Positions 11,436 through 23,220 of a stretch of DNA of 64,000 nt are shown one piece after another. The stretch comes from Eledone cirrhosa. Its lineage: Eukaryota. The notes below the pieces were generated by a model. It did not search any database. It worked only from the letters and a program-made list of their open reading frames with translations, and was not told the DNA's origin. Numbering within the stretch: the first letter of the stretch is position 1; every line of letters starts with the position of its first letter. The stretch lies in assembly GCA_964016885.1 (NCBI GenBank), contig OZ024745.1, forward strand, positions 95,604,001 through 95,668,000, read 5' to 3'. The position numbers were made by a program, and so were the translations under genes.

Positions 11436-11716
11436 TGTAGCGTTCCTCTCAACTTCTACGTCGTTGTCACATGACAGCAGACATATCGCTGGCGTGGCTC
11501 AGCCATGTTTTTTTTTTCTCCTTAAATGTTTTAACATGTAAAAAAATGTTCAAATATTTGGGCTAAAAGGCCCAAATATTATACTTTCCCCTTCACGGGG
11601 CAAAGTCTAAGGGATTTATATCCCTTACACAACAAGAAATATTTAACAACAAATAATTTTAACAGGCAAATAAAGCGACTTACTGGGAGCGAGCCAAAAA
11701 GACGTCCGAACAGACC

Positions 11717-11746
<30 letters not shown>

Positions 11747-11747
<1 letters not shown>

Positions 11748-13487
11748 TGGGGTACTGTCCTCTAGTAATATAAACATCAACTGTGGTATATTCCAGGGTG
11801 ACTCACTTTCACCCTTGCTTTTCTGCATAGCTTTAATACCCCTTACATCCAAACTTAATAGAACAGGGTACGGTTATAGAATTGAGAACAAAAAAATAAA
11901 CCACCTATTTTATATGGATGATTTGAAGCTATATTGCAAAGATAATGACGAACTGGAAGGCCTTTTGCAGACAGTAAAAACGTTTAGCCATGACATCAGG
12001 ATGGAGTTTGGACTTGACAAGTGTGCAAAAGCCACTTTCAAGAAGGGGAAGCTTGTCAACTCAGACTCAGTTGAATTGGATGCTGAAACAATGATAAAGG
12101 AACTTGAGCAGGAACAAACCTATAAATACTTAGGGATTAATGAGGGCTCTGGCATACAGCATGCAAGTATGAAAGAGGGGATAAGGAAAGAATGCTACAG
12201 GAGAGTATGTGCAGTTCTGAGATCAGAACTAAACGCTCGTAACAAGGTGCTAGCCATAAATTCTTTGGCAGTCCCAGTTGTCACTTATAGCTTCGGTGTG
12301 TTGAACTGGAATATGAGTGAAATCAAAAGAATCGACACTAAAGTCTGTAAGCTACTGACCTGTAATAGGCTGACCACCCAAAAGCAGATGTGGATCATCT
12401 TTACCTTCTTAGAACTCAAAGAGGCCGTGGCCTGATCCAATTTGAACTTGCTTACAAGACCAAAATCATTGGACTGGCCAAATACCTTGAAACAACTAAC
12501 GACTGTATGCTGAAACTTGTTGAAAAGCATGAGAGAAATAAGAAGCTTCATTCTATCTTGAAGGAGAGCAAAAAATATGCTACTGATCTCGTGCTTGATA
12601 CCCAGGCTGGACAGACTAAAGAAACTGTTACAACTGATGCTGCTAGGCACATAAAATTACTGGCAAAAGCAAAAGGGCAAGGACAATTAGCATCAAATTG
12701 GGAGCAGAAACCTCTGCATGGCAAATATGTGGCCCGTAGCAAACAAGCTGATGTTGACCAAAAGCACACCCATCAGTGGTTACGTAGTTCAGGGCTAAAG
12801 GCGGAGAGTGAAGGCTACATCTTAGCTGCCCAAGATCAAAGCTTATTGACTCGTAATTACCAGGCCAATGTGATGAGAAACGGAATAAACCCAAAGTGCT
12901 GATTCTGCAATGCTGAGGTTGAAACAATGGATCATTTAGTCTCTGGATGTAAAGTTTTAGCACCAGTAGAATACAAATATAGACATGACAGAGTTGGCCA
13001 ATATCTACACTGGGTAATATGTTGGCATTACAAAATCAAAGCTTCAGACAAGTAGTACAACCATCACCCTGAGGCTGTAACTGAAGGAGAAAAAGTAACA
13101 ATTCTCTGGGACTTTCCTGTACATACTGACAGGACCATAAAAGCAAATAGACCTGACATCATTGTAAAAGATCAACATAACAAGGTCTGTTTATTGATAG
13201 ATATGAGCATCCCATGTGATCACAATATCGCGGCAAAAGAATTTGACAAGCTATGAAAATATAAAGATCTGCTTATTGAAATTGAGAAAATGTGGCACCT
13301 CAAGGCCGTTACAATACCAGTGATTGTGGGAGGACTGGGAATGATCAAGAAAGGAACAGAACAATATTTGCGAATGATTCCTGGTTTACCCTCTCTGCAC
13401 GAGGTGCAAAAAATTGTTTTGACTGGTACTGCACACGTATTGAGAAGAGCACTATCTCTGTAAGATTGATATCCCTCCTTGTATTTA
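11747..13487 (+). mobile_element. 5'-truncated R4/Dong-like RLE retrotransposon (RT C-terminal half + CCHC + restriction-like endonuclease), pseudogenised
   Basis: GIFQGDSLSP, YMDDLKLY, YKYLG, CxxC..ETMDHLVSGC, RHD, NRPDI, IDMSIP. Starts at (AAT)n. A probable 3' UTR resumes after the RTE insertion (17918-18096) and ends in (AAT)n. Confidence 0.85.
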
Positions 13488-16400
13488 CATTACATTTTCT
13501 GTTTCTATTAATTGCTAAATACGTAGGTTTTTGGACGTATTTCACAGAACAAATTTTGTATTTTTGTTAATCGCTTGTTAAATGCATGGACCCCATTCAA
13601 TCATTACCTTCTTGCTAGCTATTTTCAAACCTTAATTCCTAACGTATTTTCAAACCTCAATCCCTAATTCTAGCGTATCTTCAAAACAAAAAAAAACAAA
13701 ATCCTTTCCTTCTTCCTTCTTCGAAGGCACGGGGCGGTCAAACGCCTAACACTCACAGCCATCATGTGGCCCCCTCCCCTCGCTCTCTCTCACTCTCTCT
13801 CTCTCTCTATAAATATATGATAGGAATTCACTTCGCCAAATTTCATTTCATTGCTTGCTGTCCACGATATTCATGTAAACGTAATGTACAGACTTCATCT
13901 CTCTCTCTCCACAAATCTTAATTCTAGCGTATTTTCAAAACAATCCATATTTCGTATCAAGTCCAAATAGCCAATCTATCGCTAAAACAAACTACATTTT
14001 CTGTTTCTATTAATTGCTAAATACGTAGGTTTTTGGACGTATTTAACAGAACAAATTTTGTATTTTTGTTAATCGCTTGTTAAATGCATGGACCCCATTC
14101 AATCATTACCTTCTTGCTAGCTACCCAACACCCCTACCCCCACGCACCACCATTGCTATTACGTGGACCAATCATAAAACAGAGCCCCCACGCATCACCA
14201 GTATTATTACGCGGACCAATCAGAAACCAGAGGCCTATACTATCGCTTGCCTGGTTGCCTTTCGATATACGATATATGATGGATGGATGGACTGCGGAAT
14301 CCTGGAGAGTGGAGGTGAGAGAGAAAAATCTGGACGCTCAGCGACAATGCCAAAGATAAAGACAAATTCACCTCTTGGACGAGAATGCGAGCACTCCTCA
14401 TTGTTTCGACCGCGGACGGCTAACATAACCCCATCGCCCCCCGCCCCTCACCGCCCCCAACCCCCAAACGCAATCCAAAACTTCAGAGTTGGTACCATAA
14501 ATGTAGGCACCCTAAAGGGTCGCGCTAACGAGGTTGTAGAAATGCTTGAACGTAAGGAGGTCGATGTTTGTTGTATTCAAGAGACCAGGAGGAGGGGTGG
14601 GTCTGCTAGGTTCATTGAGGGTAAAAAAACGATGTTATAAGCTTTTCTGGGTGGGAAACGACGATGGGCTGGGTGGAGTAGGAATCATGGTAGCAGAAAA
14701 GTGGGCAGATAAGATAATAGACGTAAATAGAGTGAACGACAGAATAATTAAAATACGACTTGTCCTCAATAGAACTACGGTGACAGTAATATCTGCGTAC
14801 GCACCCCAATCCGGACTGCCCGGCACTATAAAAGACAGATTCTATGAGACACTGATGCTAACTACCTCCCAAATATCCGACAGTGACTATATAATTATCG
14901 CAGGCGACCTAAATGGTCACGTTGGACAACATTGTGACGGCTATGACGAAATCCATGGAGGCTATGGGTTTGGTACTAGAAATGAGGAAGGCGCCAGAAT
15001 CCTGGAATTCTGTGATGCAAATAACCTAACTATCTGTAACACTAACTTCAAAAAACGTGACAATCACCTGATCACCTATAGATCCGGGGAACACACAAGC
15101 CAGGTAGATTATATCCTTACCAGAAGACGTGACAGAGTGTCTGTTGTTAACACTAAATCCCTCCCCCATGAAGAATGCACCTCCCAACATAGACTGATAA
15201 TTAGCGACCTCATAGTCAGGACGAGACGTACTCGACAACAGAAGAGGACTATCCTCAGGAGGAAAATATGGAAGCTAAAGGACCCCACAGCCAGGAATAA
15301 ATTTCAAAGCATATTACTTGATGCTTTCGACAGTAAGGAAGAACATTTAGAGTCGGACAATATAGAGGGAGAGTGGGAATTTCTGAAAGCAAACCTGCTG
15401 TTGGCGACAGACGAGGTCTGTGGCTGGAGCAGGCCTGTAGGCAGGAGGAGAGTAACATGGTGGTGGAACAGTAAGGTGGAGGGGTCAATTAAGGCCAAAA
15501 AGCAGGCTTGGAAAGTATGGCGGGATGGGGGAAGTAGAGAGGACTATCAAGTGGCCAGGAGGGAAGCTAGGAGACAAGTGTACTTAGCAAGAAGGGAAGC
15601 TGAGGAAAGAAAGTTCAAGCATGTTCTACAACGCGATGACCAAAAACGTGAGGTGTTCAGGATTGCTAGGCAATGCGTCAAGGAAAACCGTGATATTGTC
15701 GGGGAGAAGTGTGTACTAAACGACGATGGCACACTTGCCATCACCGACGCTGATAAGAAGGTAGCTTGGAAGTGTCACTATGAAAGGCTACTAAATGAGG
15801 AGAATAATTGGGAGAAAGGCAGTCTCCCCCATATCGACCCAATAGAGGGACCAGCAGTGTTAGTCGAGGGGAGTATAATAAGTAAGGCAATCAAGGATAT
15901 GAAGACTGGTAAGGCGGCTGGGCCTTCGGAAATAGTTGCTGAGATGCTGAAGGCATCTGGAACGGTGGGACACACCATGGTCACCCGCATAGTTAACCAA
16001 GTCGTACAGAATGGGGTTGTTCCGAAGGACTGGCATAGCAGCATCATCGTTAACTGTTATAAGGGTAAAGGAGACACCCTAGATAGGAGTAACTATAGAG
16101 GCATTAAATTAATCGACCAGGTCATGAAGGTCACGGAAAAAGTAATAGCGCAACTAATCAGAGAGAGAATTGACCTAGATGAAATGCAGTTCGGGTTTGT
16201 GTCAGGCAAAAGTACCACAGACGCTCTTTTCATAGTACGACAACTACAGGAGAAGTACCTAGCTAAAGGTAAACCCCTCTACTTAGCTTTTGTCGACTTG
16301 GAGAAAGCCTTCGACAGAGTCCCCCGCTCCATTATCTGGTGGGCTCTTAGAAAACTAGGCGTTGACGAATGGCTTGTGAGGGCTATACAAGCCATGTATA

Positions 16401-17917
16401 AAGAAACAGTCAGCAAGGTTAGAATTAACAACGAATATAGTGAAGAGTTTAGCGTAAAAGTTGGCGTCCATCAGGGCTCTGTTCTCAGTCCACTACTATT
16501 TATTATTGCCCTTCAGGCTATAACAGAGGAGTTCAAGACAGGCTGCCCATGGGAACTCCTATACGCAGACGACCTGACACTCATAGCGGAATCAATGGCC
16601 GAGCTAGAGAAGAAATTCCAAACATGGAAGCACGGCCTAGAGTCAAAAGGACTTAAAATTAACCTGGCTAAGACCAAAGTACTAGTTTGTAGGAAAGAAA
16701 ACAAGGCGGCGGTCCCTTCTGGGAAATGGTCGTGCTCGGTGTGTAGGAAAGGCGTAGGTAGAAACTCCATTTTATGTCCTAAATGCAAAGTATGGGTGCA
16801 TAAAAGATGTAGTGGGATCACAGGTAAGCTAACTAAGAACATAGATTTTACATGTGGCCGGTGCTCTGGTGCAATAAGTAGCAGCAAGTGCCCACAAACT
16901 ACTAGCTCTTTCAATTGCGCAGAGGGTTCTATAGAAATAGTGGACAGCTTCCGTTACCTGGGCGATAAAATCAGCAGTGGGGGAGGGTGCTCTGAAAGTA
17001 CTGTAGCTAGAGTCAGAACTGGTTGGAAAAAGTTCAGAGAGCTTATACCACTATTAGCTGCTAAAGGGTTCTCACTAAAAATGAAAGGCAGGTTGTACGA
17101 TGCCTGCATACGAACAGCAATGCTGCATGGCAGTGAGACCTGGGCATTGTGTGCAGAGGATATACGCAGACTAGAGAGGAACGAAGCTTGCATGCTCCGC
17201 TGGATGTGTAACAGTAATATACGTGAACGGCAAAGCATAAACGAACTAAGGAAAAAATTAGAGATAAGAGGGATCAGATGTTGTTTACTCGAGAGAAGGC
17301 TACGTTGGTATGGACACGTGATGCGCATGAAAGTCGATAGCTGTATAACAAAGTGCAGGGCAATAAAGATAGACGGTAGTCACGGAATAGGCAGACCTAG
17401 AAAAACCTGGGACGAGCTGATAAACTCCGACATCACACACTTACACCTCTCCAAGACAATGTCACTGGACCGAGACCTTTGGCGGTACTCAGTAACAGAG
17501 AAGACCCGCCTTACCTAAATATATAGTAAAACCTACTCCAGCCAGTAGGCATCTCTAACAAAATACACCCCGTCCCACCACCACCACCCCCACCCGATCC
17601 ACACCACCCCGTTCTATGTAAAGTTATGTTGGTGCCGCGCCATCGAGGCCGAAACAAATGAGATCATGTAGGTGTCACGACAAAAAAACACACAGTCCAC
17701 GCTGTAATGTGGCCGTGTAGGCAACACGGTAAAAACCTCCCAGACCCACACTGTAAATGTGGTTGGTGTTAGGAAGGGCATCCAACTGTAGAAAACCTGC
17801 CAGACAGTCCTATGCGAGCAAGACAATCACTCTTGCCTCAAGTGGGACTACCCCCGTCCAAACCCATGCAAGCGTGGAACACGGACGTTAAACGTTGATG
17901 ATGATGATGATGATGAT
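13488..17917 (+). mobile_element. Near-intact RTE-clade LINE with a partly duplicated 5' UTR and (GAT)n tail
   Basis: Single long ORF, ~400 bp 3' UTR and (GAT)n tail. 13491-13622 is repeated at 13993-14123. Confidence 0.92.
14347..17518 (+). CDS. RTE ORF: APE endonuclease + reverse transcriptase + PHD-like zinc finger; one +1 frameshift at A7 run 14623-14629
   Basis: GTINV, QET, GDLN, DYIL, SQH, YRGIKL, FVDLEKAFD, QGSVLSP, YADD, CSVC...CPKCKVWVHKRC...CGRC, RWYGHV. Comparison with the copy at 62666 (GGTAAAGAACGATG) shows the extra A. Confidence 0.9.
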
Positions 17918-18096
17918 ATGCACATGTGTATATATGTATACCGTTTTTTTAAAATTATAATCAATGTGCTATATTAACTGGCTTACCAATGCACACTGTA
18001 AATTTATTTGCCCTAGGTGTCAGGAAGATACTCAGCATATATCTCAGAAACAATAATGAAAGAAAATAAAAATAGTAACAATAATAATAATAATAA
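17918..18096 (+). mobile_element. Probable distal 3' UTR of the Dong-like element, ending in (AAT)n
   Basis: Lies immediately after the RTE tail and ends AATAAA...(AAT)n. Inferred continuation of 11747-13487. Confidence 0.45.
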
Positions 18097-18202
18097 TTGT
18101 TTCTACTTTAGGCACAAGGCCAGCAATAACCCAGTGCATTACTGGTACTTTATTTTATCGATCCCGTAAGGATGAAAGGCAAAGTTAACCTCGGCGGGAT
18201 TT
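18095..18202 (-). mobile_element. 5'-truncated second-family SINE (Meta-domain-like) fused to the Tx1 3' end
   Basis: Matches the 3' 110 bp of the SINE at 32274-32459; joined to Tx1 copy 2 through AAAT microhomology. Confidence 0.8.
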
Positions 18203-21200
18203 ATTGGCCACAAGGTCTGACACAAAGAAAAACATTAGAGACAGCACAGAACAGTACAGGACGATACAAAGTGGGTTTTGTTCGTGTAAATAGGTTATAA
18301 CAACATAGAAATTGGGATAGCAGCTATTCGACATAGCTCCACAAGTCAGTAATCCTCGGGCACTGAATGAGTGCGTGCAGGACGGTTTCGTTGCCCTGCG
18401 CGCATCTCGGACAGGCTCGGCTGACAGCACCTCCATCCCTGTAGAGCTTATGATGAACCGGCAAAGCTTCACGGTAGCACTGCCAAGCCAGGGATTTCTG
18501 GAAGTTGTCCAGATCCAGGACTACAGCTCTGTCAAGATGAGCTGGGGAAAAGCGCGTCTGGCAAACGGCGACCACACCTGTTCACCGTCAATGAAGCACC
18601 AGAGATGTCGCAGCCTCAGCGCATGTTTGCGCATCATCAGCCATGGCATGCCTAGTCCTCCACGCAACGGGTGTTGACAGCAAATGGATCGTTTGATCAT
18701 GGAAGCGCATCCCTTCCACAAAAAGCGGAAGAGAAGGCGCCCCATTTTGATCAGAGTTGGGCGGGGGCAAGGTACGACGGTCAGGAAGTAACAGATGATG
18801 GACGCTATGTATGCATTCGTCATCTCCGCCCGGCCTTTCAGAGACAGCCTTCTCTCGGTGAGAGAGGCCACCCTGCTCGTGACCTCGCTTCAGTTTTCTC
18901 CATCTGGAGGTCCGGACCGAACCAGACCCTAAGCAATTTAACCGGTCCTTCCGGCCAGCGCCCCACGACGCTGTCGGACGGCATGGACTTGCCTCTCCAG
19001 GTGCCGAGCTGCAAGCCCACCAACTTTTTCTAGTTTATCTTTGTTCCTGTCACCGCTTCGTATTTCTTGAGAGCAGTGTCGAGCATTTGGACGTGTTTGG
19101 TGCTCGACAACACCACGGTGACGTCCTCGGCATAAGCTGACACGGATTTCCCGCATCCCAGTTTGTGTGGGACCCCCCTCATCGTCTCCAATTTGTGCAG
19201 TAACGGCTCGAGGGCCAGTACGTACAAGAGGGGGCAACCCTGTCGGACCAAGCGCATGATGATGAAAGGCTGCGACAGGTGACCATTCACCCTCACAATC
19301 CAGTAGATGTCGCTATGCACCGCAGCGATCCAGCCCCTAAAAATGGGCCCGAAGCCGGCTGCCTCGAGGACCGCAGCCAGGTACCGATAGTCGACCCTAT
19401 CAAATGCTTTAGATTGATCCAAGTTGATCAGGGCCCCACCCATGCCAGGTTCTTTAACCACCCTCTCTATGATGTATCGCATGAGATGGAGGTTGTCGTG
19501 GATGGATCTGTCCGGAATGGCACATGTCAGCACCTCCCACCAGATGTCCGACGACAAGCGCCAATCTCTTTGCTAACACCTTGGCCAAAATCTGCGTTTA
19601 GCAGAGTCATGGGCCTGATGTTGTCTATAACGTCCACTTTGTTCAGGTCTTTTCTCAGCAGCGCCACCGCTCTTCGGCTCACAAAACTGGGAATGCTCCC
19701 ATTCTGCTGCCAGTTGCAATAGACATCTGCCAAGAGATCGCCGAACAAGTCTGGCATATACGCATAAAGCTCGTAGGGCAGACCATCCAAACCTGGCGAT
19801 TTACCTCTCGTGCAGTCAACTTCACAGATCACAAATTTGTGGTCCATGTAGTCAACTACTTTAAATTGTGGACAACCTACACTAGCCTTATCTGTTTCCC
19901 TACAGAATACCCTATCTAAATACGATCTGGTTGACCCGATGCGGTTTGCCCATGTCCACATTGGCACATTCAGATAATCCAGTCTATACCGTTCAAAACG
20001 TCTGAGCAGGTTGTTGAGGCTTTTACACCCTCCTGCCCTGTCTACTAGCCCCACATAATCCCAGCGTGCATCTAAGATACCGTTCCAGTTGCCCACTAAC
20101 ACTAAAGTGCGGGACGTTCCAAGAAAGGTCTCTAGATGTCTGAAGAAATCTGGCCGTCCTGCCCCTGTTGGGGCGTAGACGGCTACTAACCTGAAAGCAT
20201 TGCCTTCTCTGCCGGTCACGTCTAGCACCACCGACTTACCTTCTAGGTCCAGGAAGATGGCCCGTATGGCGAGATCCAAGCCTCTCTGGAAAAGCACAGC
20301 AACCCTCCCTCCGATCCTGGACAGCTGGGAGATGCGCATACATCAGCCGCCAAAGATCAGTGTGAAGGCTCGTGCTTCGGAGATTCTGGTCTCGCTGATG
20401 GCCACCACATCTATGTTTAGTGACCTGAGGTCGTTGAGCAGGTGATCCTGCTTCCAAGATGACCCCAGGCCACGTACATTTATACTGCCTATTCTAAGTA
20501 TGGCCATGTTGGATGAGAAACGGGATGAGTGAGAAAGGATCACTTACCTTGATCATGTGGTGAAGGGACAGTAGAATCGTCCCTTTGGCTGGTCATGGGT
20601 GTTTCCAAGAGGATGTCGGTGTATATCCTCTTGGTAACCGACCCTCTGAAGTCTCCAACTGCGTTGGGGAATTTTTGCTTTAAAAGTTTGTAATGTTCTA
20701 TTGAGATTTCAATAATGCTTATGTTTGTCAGGAGAGTTCTTGGTGTTGGTGGGGTGTAGTAGTTTTTTTCTGTGATGTGTGTGTGCTGCTTTATATGTTG
20801 TAGGAGTTCTTTATTTGCCATGTGTACCTTTTGGAGGGAGGGGCGATTTTGTTGTTGTTTTCTTGTTGCTGTTGGGTGTGTGTGTTTTGTTGTGTTTGCG
20901 ATGTTGGTGTTTTTGGTGATGCTGGTGGTGGTGTGGTTGTTGTTGTTGGTGATGCTTGTGGTGGTGATGGTGATGGTGTTGCTGCAAGTCTCCTTGCAGC
21001 CTTTACCCCTCTTTGTCTGCCTTCGCTTTTGGAGGGTGAAGCTAAGGGTTTTTTCTTTTTTGTGGCAGACCGTTTGCCACTTCCCTCGCGCCTCACACCC
21101 CATGTCAGACCCCGCAGCGTCTTGGAGGGACATGAGCTCCACTGCTGTTGGTGGTGGTAGTGGAGCCCACTCCGGCGTTTTTACCGCCGGTGTAGCTAAT

Positions 21201-22659
21201 GCGACTGTTAGTGTTGCTGCCACTGCTGCCGCTGCTTTAGTTGTCCATGGCCTTGGTATGGGTGCCATGGACGTTGCCCTTCTACTCACCATGGAAGGGT
21301 CTTCTGCCTCTCTTGCCTGCCCTGCTCTTGGTAACAGCAGATCAGGCATCGGAAGAAGGGGGCCCTCTTCTTGGCTGTCTTCTGCGGGCAGAAGGCTCTG
21401 GGGTAACCCTTCTGCCCACAGAGATAGCACTTTGGGCGCCTTCCTTCCACGCTTATAGGGAGTTGGAGCCCTTCTTCGAGGTCTATGATGTTTGGGATGG
21501 CCTCGATGCACTCTTGGTCAGTCTGTATTAGCATTTGCATGCCTATTCCTGACGAGTTCTCTTTTCCCATTCTCTGTATTTGCAGTATGGTGGTCTTCTC
21601 GATTCCAGCCAGTACAGACGCGGCCAGCCAAGGTATGGGTACATTGGACGGGACTTGGGTCACTTTGACCCTCACAATTTTCTGCCCGCAGTAGGAGGGC
21701 ACCAAGACTATCTCCTCACTCTTTAGGGTTTCCAAAGAGTGAGACTTCACCTCTAGGGGATTGGCAAAAAGCACGTCTACTGTGGATTACTTTTTGCATC
21801 GGGTCATGTGGGTTTTGCGTGACCAGACGCACCTCAAGGCCTTTTGGATTTGAGCCTCCTTGGCTCTCTCCACCTGATGTGACATTTTGCTTACGGTGCG
21901 GTAAGTCACCATGCGCAGTTGCTGGTCTTTGAAGAAATCAGGTGGAGGTTTCAGGGAAACTCTGTTGTCGTTTCTCGACACCATGGCTCTTGCGACTGCC
22001 ATTTCCTCCCCAGTGACTAGCACTGTTTCTATATTTCGGGCCACACCTGCGAAAGAAGTGGCATCATTATTGCAGCCGCTACTGGTCTTGTTGTTGGTGT
22101 TGTTGCTGTTGTTACTGCTACAAACGGTGTTGTTGCTGTTATCACTGTTGTAGTTGGTTGTGTTTTTGGTGCCACCGTTGTTGTTTTCTGTGCAATTTGT
22201 ATTGTTGTTGTTGCTTATTTTCTTGTTAGTGGTGTTAATATCATTGTTGCATTTGTTGTCATTTTTTCTGTTGTCTGTATTATGGTTGACGCTGTTATTG
22301 TTGTAGATGGTGTGGTAATTTTTTCGAAATTAGTGTTCTCAATGTTACCTTTGTTCCCGTTGTTTGTGGTGGTGTCTGTTTAACAATGTTTGTAACCCTC
22401 CTCTCAACTTTTACGCCGTTGTCAGACGACAGCAGACATATTGCTGGGGGGCGTGGCTCAGCCATGTTTTTTTTTTTTTTTTTAAAGTAAAATGTTCAAA
22501 TATTTGGGCCAAAAGGCCCAAATATTTTACTTTCCCCTTCACAGGGCAAAGTCTAAGGGCTTATATCCCTTACACAACAAGAAATATTTAACAACAAATA
22601 ATTTTAACAGGCAAATAAAGCGACTTACTGGGAGCATGCAAAAAGCGTCCGAACAGACC
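18199..22659 (-). mobile_element. Second Tx1-like LINE (different subfamily), internally deleted, 5' end at (AAT)n
   Basis: ORF2 from ATG 20507 (MAILRIGSINVRG) with deletions at ~19813, ~18521 and ~18333. ORF1 has EGRRPKCYLCGQKGYPRAFCP. The 5' UTR is nearly identical to copy 1. Confidence 0.88.
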
Positions 22660-22679
22660 GATAATAATAATAATAATAA

Positions 22680-23070
22680 TTGGTTTTGGACAAGGAAAAG
22701 AGATCGTGCCTGATTGTAGATGTAGCCTGCCCATTTGACACGAGAGTGCAAGAAAAGGAGAGGGAGAAAACTAACCGATACCAGGACTTAAAGTGGGAGT
22801 TAAAAAGGATTTGGAACTGCCATGAAATCAAGGTTGTCCCGATTGTCATAGGTGCACTAGGTACTATCAAAAAGAGTTTCCAAGGATGGTTAAAGAAGAT
22901 TAGTCCAGCCCTGCTTTTTGGAACACTTCATAAGGCATGCTTGCTGTGAACAGCAAGAACCCTCCGATACGTCCTGAACATCTGAGGCTGCAGGTAGCGG
23001 CTTGATATTCATTTCAACAAACTTTCCAGTTATATCTTAACTATAATAAAGAAAGGAGTGCGGGACTGCG
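22680..23070 (+). mobile_element. R4/Dong-like RLE element 3' fragment
   Basis: LIVDVACPFD...EKTNRYQDL...VVPIVIGALG endonuclease C-terminus, directly after (AAT)n. Confidence 0.8.
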
Positions 23071-23220
23071 TCCAGAATATATATTTTTACCCCGTTTGTA
23101 AAATAACTTGGATTACTTTGAATTAATAATGAATTAATATTACATAATTTATGTGCTAAATTTTGTGGCTGTTGATTAAATATATTTTATAGCTTATTTA
23201 AAGACCTTTAAAATTCCCTC

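Larger units (their letters stand above)
5850..11716 (-). mobile_element. Full-length but mutated Tx1-like (L1 group) non-LTR retrotransposon flanked by (AAT)n
   Basis: Structured 5' UTR, ORF1 with a CCHC knuckle, ORF2 with APE endonuclease, RT and C-terminal zinc finger. The 3' end is GGCCCTTGTGGCCAATAAATGAAATC(ATT)n. (AAT)n lies at both junctions. Confidence 0.9.

Noticed and set aside
9815-11541. Plus-strand hydrophobic Leu/Val-rich ORFs (also 20772-21458)
   Set aside because: Antisense shadows of the AAC/ACC-rich Tx1 ORF1, not membrane proteins.
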